DNA of 64,000 bases from Auanema rhodensis. Its lineage: Eukaryota > Animalia > Nematoda. The DNA lies in assembly GCA_964057225.1 (NCBI GenBank), contig OZ059894.1, positions 310,001 through 374,000 on the forward strand, given 5' to 3'. Position 1 is the first letter of the stretch. Each line of letters opens with the position of its first letter. Position numbers and translations under genes: made by a program. The notes beneath the pieces were generated by a model, which saw nothing but the letters and a program-made list of their open reading frames with translations, did no database searches and was not told the origin of the DNA. Below, piece by piece: positions 39,801 to 54,800 of this stretch.

Positions 39801-42800
39801 TTTATCTTTCACGTGAAGCGAGTTACATACCAAGTGCACATCACGTGTACATTTAATTAGCATAAATTAAAGTTCACGTAAATTTCAAAGTCATGGTTAC
39901 CATGCACCAATATCAATAAAAATTTGTTTTTAGACTAATATGGACATGGGGAATCCAATTTTGAAAACCGCATCTCTTTATCTTTCACGTGAAGCGAGTT
40001 ACATACCAAGTGCACATCACGTGTACATTTAATTAGCATAAATTAAAGTTCACGTAAATTTCAAAGTCATGGTTACCATGAACCAATATCAATAAAAATT
40101 TGTTTTTAGACTAATATGGACATGGGGAATCTAATTTTAAAAACCGCATCTCTTTATCTTTCACGTGAAGCGAGTTACATACCAAGTGCACATCACGTGT
40201 ACATTTAATAAGCATAAATTAAAGTTCACGTAAATTTCAAAGTCATGGTTACCATGCACCAATATCAATAAAAATTTGATTTTAGACTAATATGGACATG
40301 GGGAATCTAATTGTGAAAACCGCATCTCTTTATCTTTCACGTGAAGCGAGTTACATACCAAGTGCACATCACGTGTACATTTAATTAGCATAAATTAAAG
40401 TTCACGTAAATTTCAAAGTCATGGTTACCATGAACCAATATCAATAAAAATTTGTTTTTAGACTAATATGGACATGGGGAATCAAATTTTGAAAACCGCA
40501 TCTCTTTATCTTTCACGTGAAGCGAGTTACATACCAAGTGCACATCACGTGTACATTTAATTAGCATAAATTAAAGTTCACGTAAATTTCAAAGTCATGG
40601 TTACCATGAACCAATATCAATAAAAATTTGTTTTTAGACTAATATAGACATGGGGAATCTAATTTTGAAAACCGCATCTCTTTATCTTTCACGTGAAGCG
40701 AGTTACATACCAAGTGCACATCACGTGTACATTTAATTAGCATAAATTAAAGTTCACGTAAATTTCAAAGTCATGGTTACCATGCACCAATATCAATAAA
40801 AATTTGTTTTTAGACTAATATGAACATGGGGAATCTAATTCTGAAAACCGCATCTCTTTATCTTTCACGTGAAGCGAGTTACATACCAAGTGCACATCAC
40901 GTGTACATTTAATTAGCATAAATTAAAGTTCACGTAAATTTCAAAGTCATGGTTACCATGAACCAATATCAATAAAAGTTTGTTTTTAGACTAATATGGA
41001 CATGGGGAATCAAATTTTGAAAACCGCATCTCTTTATCTTTCACGTAAAGCGAGTTACATACCAAGTGCACATCACGTGTACATTTAATTAGCATAAATT
41101 AAAGTTCACGTAAATTTCAAAGTCATGGTTACCATGAACCAATATCAATAAAAATTTGTTTTTAGACTAATATGGACATGGGAAATCTAATTTTGAAAAC
41201 CGCATCTCTTTATCTTTCACGTGAAGCGAGTTACATACCAAGTGCACATCACGTGTACATTTAATTAGCATAAATTAAAGTTCACGTAAATTTCAAAGTC
41301 ATGGTTACCATGCACCAATATCAATAAAAATTTGTTTTTAGACTAATATGGACATGGGGAATCCAATTTTGAAAACCGCATCTCTTTATCTTTCACGTGA
41401 AGCGAGTTACATACCAAGTGCACATCACGTGTACATTTAATAAGCATAAATTAAAGTTCACGTAAATTTCAAAGTCATGGTTACCATGAACCAATATCAA
41501 TAAAAATTTGTTTTTAGACTAATATGGACATGGGGAATCTAATTTTGAAAACCGCATCTCTTTATCTTTCACGTGAAGCGAGTTACATACCAAGTGCACA
41601 TCACGTGTACATTTAATTAGCATAAATTAAAGTTCACGTAAATTTCAAAGTCATGGTTACCATGAACCAATATCGATAAAAATTTGTTTTTAGACTAATA
41701 TGGACATGGGGAATCTAATTTTGAAAACCGCATCTCTTTATCTTTCACGTGAAGCGAGTTACATACCAAGTGCACATCACGTGTACATTTAATTAGCATA
41801 AATTAAAGTTCACGTAAATTTCAAAGTCATGGTTACCATGAACCAATATCAATAAAAATTTGTTTTTAGACTAATATGGACATGGGGAATCTAATTTTGA
41901 AAACCGCATCTCTTTATCTTTCACGTGAAGCGAGTTACATACCAAGTGCACATCACGTGTACATTTAATTAGCATAAATTAAAGTTCACGTAAATTTCAA
42001 AGTCATGGTTACCATGAACCAATATCAATAAAAATTGGTTTTTAGACTAATATGGACATGGGGAATCTAATTTTGAAAACCGCATCTCTTTATCTTTCAC
42101 GTGAAGCGAGTTACATACCAAGTGCACATCACGTGTACATTTAATTAGCATAAATTAAAGTTCACGTAAATTTCAAAGTCATGGTTACCATGCACCAATA
42201 TCAATAAAATATTGTTTTTAGACTAATATGGACATGGGGAATCTAATTTTGAAAACTGCATCTCTTTATCTTTCACGTGAAGCGAGTTACATACCAAGTG
42301 CACATCACGTGTACATTTAATTAGCATAAATTAAAGTTCACGTTATTTTCAAAGACATGGTTACCATGAACCAATATCAATAAAAATTTGTTTTTAGACT
42401 AATATGGACATGGGTAATCTAATTTTGAAAACCGCATCTCTTTATCTTTCACGTGAAGCGAGTTACATACCAAGTGCACATCACGTGTACATTTAATTAG
42501 CATAAATTAAAGTTCACGTAAATTTCAAAGTCATGGTTACCATGAACCAATATCAATAAAAATTTGTTTTTAGACTAATATGGACATGGGGAATCTAATT
42601 CTGAAAACCGCATCTCTTTATCTTTCACGTGAAGCGAGTTACATACCAAGTGCACATCACGTGTACATTTAATTAGCATAAATTAAAGTTCACGTAAATT
42701 TTAAAGTCATGGTTACCATGAACCAATATCAATAAAAATTTGTTTTTAGACTAATATGGACATGGGGAATCTAATTTTGAAAACCGCATCTCTTTATCTT

Positions 42801-45800
42801 TCACGTGAAGCGAGTTACATACCAAGTGCACATCACGTGTACATTTAATTAGCATAAATTAAAGTTCACGTAAATTTCAAAGTCATGGTTACCATGAACC
42901 AATATCAATAAAAATTTGTTTTTAGACTAATATGGACATGGGGAATCTAATTTTGAAAACCGCATCTCTTTATCTTTCACGTGAAGCGAGTTACATACCA
43001 AGTGCACATCACGTGTACATTTAATTAGCATAAATTAAAGTTCACGTAAATTTCAAAGTCATGGTTACCATGAACCAATATCAATAAAAATTGGTTTTTA
43101 GACTAATATGGACATGGGGAATCTAATTTTGAAAACCGCATCTCTTTATCTTTCACGTGAAGCGAGTTACATACCAAGTGCACATCACGTGTACATTTAA
43201 TTAGCATAAATTAAAGTTCACGTAAATTTCAAAGTCATGGTTACCATGCACCAATATCAATAAAATATTGTTTTTAGACTAATATGGACATGGGGAATCT
43301 AATTTTGAAAACTGCATCTCTTTATCTTTCACGTGAAGCGAGTTACATACCAAGTGCACATCACGTGTACATTTAATTAGCATAAATTAAAGTTCACGTT
43401 ATTTTCAAAGACATGGTTACCATGAACCAATATCAATAAAAATTTGTTTTTAGACTAATATGGACATGGGTAATCTAATTTTGAAAACCGCATCTCTTTA
43501 TCTTTCACGTGAAGCGAGTTACATACCAAGTGCACATCACGTGTACATTTAATTAGCATAAATTAAAGTTCACGTAAATTTCAAAGTCATGGTTACCATG
43601 AACCAATATCAATAAAAATTTGTTTTTAGACTAATATGGACATGGGGAATCTAATTCTGAAAACCGCATCTCTTTATCTTTCACGTGAAGCGAGTTACAT
43701 ACCAAGTGCACATCACGTGTACATTTAATTAGCATAAATTAAAGTTCACGTAAATTTCAAAGTCATGGTTACCATGAACCAATATCAATAAAAATTTGTT
43801 TTTAGACTAATATGGACATGGGGAATCTAATTTTGAAAACCGCATCTCTTTATCTTTCACGTGAAGCGAGTTACATACCAAGTGCACATCACGTGTACAT
43901 TTAATAAGCATAAATTAAAGTTCACGTAAATTTCAAAGTCATGGTTACCATGAATCAATATCAATAAAATATTGTTTTTAGACTAATATGGACATGGGGA
44001 ATCTAATTTTGAAATCCGCATCTCTTTATCTTTCACGTGAAGCGAGTTACATACCAAGTGCACATCACGTGTACATTTAATTAGCATAAATTAAAGTTCA
44101 CGTTATTTTCAAAGACATGGTTACCATGAACCAATATCAATAAAAATTTGTTTTTAGACTAATATGGACATGGGGAATCTAATTTTGAAAACCGCATCTC
44201 TTTATCTTTCACGTGAAGCAAGTTACATACCAAGTGCACATCACGTGTACATTTAATTAGCATAAATTAAAGTTCACGTAAATTTCAAAGTCATGGTTAC
44301 CATGCACCAATATCGATAAAAATTTGTTTTTAGACTAATATGGACATGGGGAATCTAATTTTGAAAACCGCATCTCTTTATCTTTCACGTGAAGCGAGTT
44401 ACATACCAAGTGCACATCACGTGTACATTTAATTAGCATAAATTAAAGTTCACGTAAATTTCAAAGTCATGGTTACCATGAACCAATATCAATAAAAATT
44501 TGTTTTTAGACTAATATGGACATGGGGAATCTAATTTTGAAAACCGCATCTCTTTATCTTTCACGTGAAGCGAGTTACATACCAAGTGCACATCACGTGT
44601 ACATTTAATTAGCATAAATTAAAGTTCACGTAAATTTCAAAGTCATGGTTACCATGAACCAATATCAATAAAAATTTGTTTTTAGACTAATATGGACATG
44701 GGGAATCTAATTTTGAAAACCGCATCTCTTTATCTTTCACGTGAAGCGAGTTACATACCAAGAGCACATCACGTGTACATTTAATTAGCATAAATTAAAG
44801 TTCACGTAAATTTCAAAGTCATGGTTACCATGAACCAATATCAATAAAAGTTTGTTTTTAGACTAATATGGACATGGGGAATCTAATTTTGAAAACCGCA
44901 TCTCTTTATCTTTCACGTGAAGCGAGTTACATACCAAGTGCACATCACGTGTACATTTAATTAGCATAAATTAAAGTTCACGTAAATTTCAAAGTCATGG
45001 TTACCATGCACCAATATCAATAAAAATTTGTTTTTAGACTAATATGGACATGGGGAATCTAATTTTGAAAACCGCATCTCTTTATCTTTCACGTGAAGCG
45101 AGTTACACACCAAGTGCACATCACGTGTACATTTAATTAGCATAAATTAAAGTTCACGTAATTTTCAAAGACATGGTTACCATGAACCAATATCAATAAA
45201 AATTTGTTTTTAGACTAATATTGACATGGGGAATCTAATTTTGAAAACCGCATCTCTTTATCTTTCACGTGAAGCGAGTTACATACCAAGTGCACATCAC
45301 GTGTACATTTAATTAGCATAAATTAAAGTTCACGTAATTTTCAAAGACATGGTTACCATGAACCAATATCAATAAAAATTTGTTTTTAGACTAATATGGA
45401 CATGGGGAATCTAATTTTGAAAACCGCATCTCTTTATCTTTCACGTGAAGCGAGTTACATACCGAGTGCACATCACGTGTACATTTAATTAGCATAAATT
45501 AAAGTTCACGTAAATTTCAAAGTCATGGTTACCATGAACCAATATCAATAAAAATTTGTTTTTAGACTAATATGGACATGGGGAATCTAATTTTGAAAAC
45601 CGCATCTCTTTATCTTTCACGTGAAGCGAGTTACATACCAAGTGCACATCACGTGTACATTTAATTAGCATAAATTAAAGTTCACGTAAATTTCAAAGTC
45701 ATGGTTACCATGAACCAATATCAATAAAAATTTGTTTTTAGACTAATATGGAGATGGGGAATCTAATTTTGAAAACCGCATCTCTTTATCTTTCACGTGA

Positions 45801-48800
45801 AGCGAGTTACATACCAAGTGCACATCACGTGTACATTTAATTAGCATAAATTAAAGTTCACGTAATTTTCAAAGACATGGTTACCATAAACCAATATCAA
45901 TAAAAATTTGTTTTTAGACTAATATGGACATGGGGAATCTAATTTTGAAAACCGCATCTCTTTATCTTTCACGTGAAGCGAGTTACATACCAAGTGCACA
46001 TCACGTGTACATTTAATTAGCATAAATTAAAGTTCACGTAATTTTCAAAGACATGGTTACCATGAACCAATATCAATAAAAATTTGTTTTTAGACTAATA
46101 TGGACATGGGGAATCTAATTTTGAAAACCGCATCTCTTTATCTTTCACGTGAAGCGAGTTACATACCAAGTGCACATCACGTGTACATTTAATTAGCATA
46201 AATTAAAGTTCACGTAAATTTCAAAGTCATGGTTACCATGCACCGATATCAATAAAAATTTGTTTTTAGACTAATATGGACATGGGGAATCTAATTTTGA
46301 AAACCGCATCTCTTTATCTTTCACGTGAAGCGAGTTACATACCAAGTGCACATCACGTGTACATTTAATTAGCATAAATTAAAGTTCACGTAATTTTCAA
46401 AGTCATGGTTACCATGAACCAATATCAATAAAAATTTGTATTTAGACTAATATGGACATGGGGAATCTAATTTTGAAAACCGCATCTCTTTATCTTTCAC
46501 GTGAAGCGAGTTACATACCAAGTGCACATCACGTGTACATTTAATTAGCATAAATTAAAGTTCACGTAAATTTCAAAGTCATGGTTACCATGCACCAATA
46601 TCAATAAAAATTTGTTTTTAGACTAATATGGACATGGGGAATCTAATTTTGAAAACCGCATCTCTTTATCTTTCACGTGAAGCGAGTTACATACCAAGTG
46701 CACATCACGTGTACATTTAATTAGCATAAATTAAAGTTCACGTAATTTTCAAAGACATGGTTACCATGAACCAATATCAATAAAAATTTGTTTCTAGACT
46801 AATATTGACATGGGGAATCTAATTTTGAAAACCGCATCTCTTTATCTTTCACGTGAAGCGAGTTACATACCAAGTGCACATCACGTGTACATTTAATTAG
46901 CATAAATTAAAGTTCACGTAATTTTCAAAGACATGGTTACCATGAACCAATATCAATAAAAATTTGTTTTTAGACTAATATGGACATGGGGAATCTAATT
47001 TTGAAAACCGCATCTCTTTATCTTTCACGTGAAGCGAGTTACATACCAAGTGCACATCACGTGTACATTTAATTAGCATAAATTAAAGTTCACGTAAATT
47101 TCAAAGTCATGGTTACCATGAACCAATATCAATAAAAATTTGTTTTTAGACTAATATGGACATGGGGAATCTAATTTTGAAAACCGCATCTCTTTATCTT
47201 TCACGTGAAGCGAGTTACATACCAAGTGCACATCACGTGTACATTTAATTAGCATAAATTAAAGTTCACGTAAATTTCAAAGTCATGGTTACCATGAACC
47301 AATATCAATAAAAATTTGTTTTTAGACTAATATGGACATGGGGAATCTAATTTTGAAAACCGCATCTCTTTATCTTTCACGTGAAGCGAGTTACATACCA
47401 AGTGCACATCACGTGTACATTTAATTAGCATAAATTAAAGTTCACGTAAATTTCAAAGTCATGGTTACCATGAACCAATATCAATAAAAATTTGTTTTTA
47501 GACTAATATGGACATGGGGAATCTAATTTTGAAAACCGCATCTCTTTATCTTTCACGTGAAGCGAGTTACATACCAAGTGCACATCACGTGTACATTTAA
47601 TTAGCATAAATTAAAGTTCACGTAAATTTCAAAGTCATGGTTACCATGAACCAATATCAATAAAAATTTGTTTTTAGACTAATATGGACATGGGGAATCT
47701 AATTTTGAAAACCGCATCTCTTTATCTTTCACGTGAAGCGAGTTACATACCAAGTGCACATCACGTGTACATTTAATTAGCATAAATTAAAGTTCACGTA
47801 ATTTTCAAAGACATGGTTACCATGAACCAATATCAATAAAAATTTGTTTTTAGACTAATATGGACATGGGGAATCTAATTTTGAAAACCGCATCTCTTTA
47901 TCTTTCACGTGAAGCGAGTTACATACCAAGTGCACATCACGTGTACATTTAATTAGCATAAATTAAAGTTCACGTAAATTTCAAAGACATGGTTACCATG
48001 AACCAATATCAATAAAAATTTGTTTTTAGACTAATATGGACATGGGGAATCTAATTTTGAAAACCGCATCTCTTTATCTTTCCCGTGAAGCGAGTTACAT
48101 ACCAAGTGCACATCACGTGTACATTTAATTAGCATAAATTAAAGTTCACGTAAATTTCAAAGTCATGGTTACCATGCACCAATATCAATAGAATATTGTT
48201 TTTAGACTAATATGGACATGGGGAATCTAATTTTGAAAACTGCATCTCTTTATCTTTCACGTGAAGCGAGTTACATACCAAGTGCACATCACGTGTACAT
48301 TTAATTAGCATAAATTAAAGTTCACGTTATTTTCAAAGACATGGTTACCATGAACCAATATCAATAAAAATTTGTTTTTAGACTAATATGGACATGGGGA
48401 ATCTAATTTTGAAAACCGCATCTCTTTATCTTTCACGTGAAGCGAGTTACATACCAAGTGCACATCACGTGTACATTTAATTAGCATAAATTAAAGTTCA
48501 CGTAATTTTCAAAGTCATGGTTACCATGAACCAATATCAATAAAAATTTGTTTTTAGACTAATATGGACATGGGGAATCTAATTTTGAAAACCGCATCTC
48601 TTTATCTTTCACGTGAAGCGAGTTACATACCAAGTGCACATCACGTGTACATTTAATTAGCATAAATTAAAGTTCACGTAATTTTCAAAGACATGGTTAC
48701 CATGAACCAATATCAATAAAAATTTGTTTTTAGACTAATATGGACATGGGGAATCTAATTTTGGAAACCGCATCTTTTTATCTTTCACGTGAAGCGAGTT

Positions 48801-51800
48801 ACATACCAAGTGCACATCATGTGTACATTTAATTAGCATAAATTAAAGTTCACGTAAATTTCAAAGTCATGGTTACCATGAACCAATATCAATAAAAAAT
48901 TTTTTTAGACTAATATGGACATGGGGAATCTAATTTTGAAAACCGCATCTCTTCATCTTTCACGTGAAGCGAGTTACATACCAAGTGCACATCACGTGTA
49001 CATTTAATTAGCATAAATTAAAGTTCACGTAAATTTCAAAGTCATGGTTACCATGAACCAATATCAATAAAAATTTGTTTTTAGACTAATATGGACATGG
49101 GGAATCTAATTTTGAAAACCGCATCTCTGTATCTTTCACGTGAAGCGAGTTACATACCAAGTGCACATCACGTGTACATTTAATTAGCATAAATTAAAGT
49201 TCACGTAAATTTCAAAGTCATGGTTACCATGAACCAATATCAATAAAAATTTGTTTTTAGACTAATATGGACATGGGGAATCTAATTTTGGAAACCGCAT
49301 CTCTTTATCTTTCACGTGAAGCGAGTTACATACCAAGTGCACATCACGTGTACATTTAATAAGCATAAATTAAAGTTCACGTAAATTTCAAAGTCATGGT
49401 TACCATGAATCAATATCAATAAAATATTGTTTTTAGACTAATATGGACATGGGGAATCTAATTTTGAAAACTGCATCTCTTTATCTTTCACGTGAAGCGA
49501 GTTACATACCAAGTGCACATCACGTGTACATTTAATTAGCATAAATTAAAGTTCACGTTATTTTCAAAGACATGGTTACCATGAACCAATATCAATAAAA
49601 ATTTGTTTTTAGACTAATATGGACATGGGTAATCTAATTTTGAAAACCGCATCTCTTTATCTTTTACGTGAAGCGAGTTACATACCAAGTGCACATCACG
49701 TGTACATTTAATTAGCATAAATTAAAGTTCACGTAAATTTCAAAGTCATGGTTACCATGAACCAATATCAATAAAAATTTGTTTTTAGACTAATATGGAC
49801 ATGGGGAATCTAATTTTGAAAACCGCATCTCTTTATCTTTCACGTGAAGCGAGTTACATACCAAGTGCACATCACGTGTACATTTAATTAGCATAAATTA
49901 AAGTTCACGTAAATTTCAAAGTCATGGTTACCATGCACCAATATCAATAGAATATTGTTTTTAGACTAATATGGACATGGGGAATCTAATTTTGAAAACT
50001 GCATCTCTTTATCTTTCACGTGAAGCGAGTTACATACCAAGTGCACATCACGTGTACATTTAATTAGCATAAATTAAAGTTCACGTTATTTTCAAAGACA
50101 TGGTTACCATGAACCAATATCAATAAAAATTTGTTTTTAGACTAATATGGACATGGGTAATCTAATTTTGAAAACCGCATCTCTTTATCTTTCACGTGAA
50201 GCGAGTTACATACCAAGTGCACATCACGTGTACATTTAATTAGCATAAATTAAAGTTCACGTAAATTTCAAAGTCATGGTTACCATGAACCAATATCAAT
50301 AAAAATTTGTTTTTAGACTAATATGGACATGGGGAATCTAATTTTGAAAACCGCATCTCTTTATCTTTCACGTGAAGCGAGTTACATACCAAGTGCACAT
50401 CACGTGTACATTTAATTAGCATAAATTAAAGTTCACGTAATTTTCAAAGACATGGTTACCATGAACCAATATCAATAAAAATTTGTTTTTAGACTAATAT
50501 GGACATGGGGAATCTGATTTTGAGAACCGCATCTCTTTATCTTTCACGTGAAGCGAGTTACATACCAAGTGCACATCACGTGTACATTTAATTAGCATAA
50601 ATTAAAGTTCACGTAAATTTCAAAGTCATGGTTACCATGAACCAATATCAATAAAAATTTGTTTTAAGACTAATATGGACATGGGGAATCTAATTTTGAA
50701 AACCGCATCTCTTTATCTTTCACGTGAAGCGAGTTACATACCAAGTGCACATCACGTGTACATTTAATTAGCATAAATTAAAGTTCACGTAAATTTCAAA
50801 GTCATGGTTACCATGAACCAATATCAATAAAAATTTGTTTTTAGACTAATATGGACATGGGGAATCTAATTTTGAAAACCGCATCTCTTTATCTTTCACG
50901 TGAAGCGAGTTACATACCAAGTGCACATCACGTGTACATTTAATTAGCATAAATTAAAGTTCACGTAAATTTCAAAGTCATGGTTACCATGCACTAATAT
51001 CAATAAAAATTTGTTTTTAGACTAATATGGACATGGGGAATCTAATTTTGGAAACCGCATCTCTTTATCTTTCACGTGAAGCGAGTTACATACCAAGTGC
51101 ACATCACGTGTACATTTAATAAGCATAAATTAAAGTTCACGTAAATTTCAAAGTCATGGTTACCATGAATCAATATCAATAAAATATTGTTTTTAGACTA
51201 ATATGGACATGGGGAATCTAATTTTGAAAACTGCATCTCTTTATCTTTCACGTGAAGCGAGTTACATACCAAGTGCACATCACGTGTACATTTAATTAGC
51301 ATAAATTAAAGTTCACGTTATTTTCAAAGACATGGTTACCATGAACCAATATCAATAAAAATTTGTTTTTAGACTAATATGGACATGGGTAATCTAATTT
51401 TGAAAACCGCATCTCTTTATCTTTTACGTGAAGCGAGTTACATACCAAGTGCACATCACGTGTACATTTAATTAGCATAAATTAAAGTTCACGTAAATTT
51501 CAAAGTCATGGTTACCATGAACCAATATCAATAAAAATTTGTTTTTAGACTAATATGGACATGGGGAATCTAATTTTGAAAACCGCATCTCTTTATCTTT
51601 CACGTGAAGCGAGTTACATACCAAGTGCACATCACGTGTACATTTAATTAGCATAAATTAAAGTTCACGTAAATTTCAAAGTCATGGTTACCATGAACCA
51701 ATATCAATAAAAATTTGTTTTTAGACTAATATGGACATGGGGAATCTAATTTTGAAAACCGCATCTCTTTATCTTTCACGTGAAGCGAGTTACATACCAA

Positions 51801-54800
51801 GTGCACATCACGTGTACATTTAATTAGCATAAATTAAAGTTCACGTAAATTTCAAAGTCATGGTTACCATGAACCAATATCAATAAAAATTTGTTTTTAG
51901 ACTAACATGGACATGGGTAATCTAATTTTGAAAACCGCATCTCTTTATCTTTCACGTGAAGCGAGTTACATACCAAGTGCACATCACGTGTACATTTAAT
52001 TAGCATAAATTAAAGTTCACGTAAATTTCAAAGTCATGGTTACCATGAACTAATATCAATAAAAATTTGTTTTTAGACTAATATGGACATGGGGAATCTA
52101 ATTTTAAAACCGCATCTCTTTATCTTTCACGTGAAGCGAGTTACATACCAAGTGCACATCACGTGTACATTTAATTAGCATAAATTAAAGTTCACGTAAA
52201 TTTCAAAGTCATGGTTACCATGAACCAATATCAATAAAAATTTGTTTTTAGACTAATATGGACATGGGGAATCTGATTTTGAGAACCGCATCTCTTTATC
52301 TTTCACGTGAAGCGAGTTACATACCAAGTGCACATCACGTGTACATTTAATTAGCATAAATTAAAGTTCACGTAAATTTCAAAGTCATGGTTACCATGAA
52401 CCAATATCAATAAAAATTTGTTTTAAGACTAATATGGACATGGGGAATCTAATTTTGAAAACCGCATCTCTTTATCTTTCACGTGAAGCGAGTTACATAC
52501 CAAGTGCACATCACGTGTACATTTAATTAGCATAAATTAAAGTTCACGTAAATTTCAAAGTCATGGTTACCATGAACCAATATCAATAAAAATTTGTTTT
52601 TAGACTAATATGGACATGGGGAATCTAATTTTGAAAACCGCATCTCTTTATCTTTCACGTGAAGCGAGTTACATACCAAGTGCACATCACGTGTACATTT
52701 AATTAGCATAAATTAAAGTTCACGTAAATTTCAAAGTCATGGTTACCATGCACTAATATCAATAAAAATTTGTTTTTAGACTAATATGGACATGGGGAAT
52801 CTAATTTTGAAAACCGCATCTCTTTATCTTTCACGTGAAGCAAGTTACATACCAAGTGCACATCACGTGTACATTTAATTAGCATAAATTAAAGTTCACG
52901 TAAATTTCAAAGTCATGGTTACCATGAACCAATATCAATAAAAATTTGTTTTTAGACTAATATGGACATGGGGAATCTGATTTTGAAAACCGCATCTCTT
53001 TATCTTTCACGTGAAGCGAGTTACATACCAAGTGCACATCACGTGTACATTTAATTAGCATAAATTAAAGTTCACGTAAATTTCAAAATCATGGTTATCA
53101 TGAATTAATATCAATAAAAATTTGTTTTTGGACTAATATGGACATGGGGATTCTAATTTTGAAAACCGCATCTCTTTATCTTTCACGTGAAGCGAGTTAC
53201 ATACCAAGTGCACATCACGTGTACATTTAATTAGCATAAATTAAAGTTCACGTAAATTTCAAAGTCATGGTTACCATGCACCGATATCAATAAAAATTTG
53301 TTTTTAGACTAATATGGACATGGGGAATCTAATTTTGAAAACCGCATCTCTTTATCTTTCACGTGAAGCGAGTTACATACCAAGTGCACATCACGTGTAC
53401 ATTTAATTAGCATAAATTAAAGTTCACGTAATTTTCAAAGTCATGGTTACCATGAACCAATATCAATAAAAATTTGTATTTAGACTAATATGGACATGGG
53501 GAATCTAATTTTGAAAACCGCATCTCTTTATCTTTCACGTGAAGCGAGTTACATACCAAGTGCACATCACGTGTACATTTAATTAGCATAAATTAAAGTT
53601 CACGTAAATTTCAAAGTCATGGTTACCATGCACCAATATCAATAAAAATTTGTTTTTAGACTAATATGGACATGGGGAATCTAATTTTGAAAACCGCATC
53701 TCTTTATCTTTCACGTGAAGCGAGTTACATACCAAGTGCACATCACGTGTACATTTAATTAGCATAAATTAAAGTTCACGTAATTTTCAAAGACATGGTT
53801 ACCATGAACCAATATCAATAAAAATTTGTTTCTAGACTAATATTGACATGGGGAATCTAATTTTGAAAACCGCATCTCTTTATCTTTCACGTGAAGCGAG
53901 TTACATACCAAGTGCACATCACGTGTACATTTAATTAGCATAAATTAAAGTTCACGTAATTTTCAAAGACATGGTTACCATGAACCAATATCAATAAAAA
54001 TTTGTTTTTAGACTAATATGGACATGGGGAATCTAATTTTGAAAACCGCATCTCTTTATCTTTCACGTGAAGCGAGTTACATACCAAGTGCACATCACGT
54101 GTACATTTAATTAGCATAAATTAAAGTTCACGTAAATTTCAAAGTCATGGTTACCATGAACCAATATCAATAAAAATTTGTTTTTAGACTAATATGGACA
54201 TGGGGAATCTAATTTTGAAAACCGCATCTCTTTATCTTTCACGTGAAGCGAGTTACATACCAAGTGCACATCACGTGTACATTTAATTAGCATAAATTAA
54301 AGTTCACGTAAATTTCAAAGTCATGGTTACCATGAACCAATATCAATAAAAATTTGTTTTTAGACTAATATGGACATGGGAAATCTAATTTTGAAAACCG
54401 CATCTCTTTATCTTTCACGTGAAGCGAGTTACATACCAAGTGCACATCACGTGTACATTTAATTAGCATAAATTAAAGTTCACGTAAATATCAAAGTCAT
54501 GGTTACCATGAACCAATATCAATAAAAATTTGTTTTTAGACTAATATGGACATGGGGAATCTAATTTTGAAAACCGCATCTCTTTATCTTTCACGTGAAG
54601 CGAGTTACATACCAAGTGCACATCACGTGTACATTTAATTAGCATAAATTAAAGTTCACGTAAATTTCAAAGTCATGGTTACCATGAACCAATATCAATA
54701 AAAATTTGTTTTTAGACTAATATGGACATGGGGAATCTAATTTTGAAAACCGCATCTCTTTATCTTTCACGTGAAGCGAGTTACATACCAAGTGCACATC

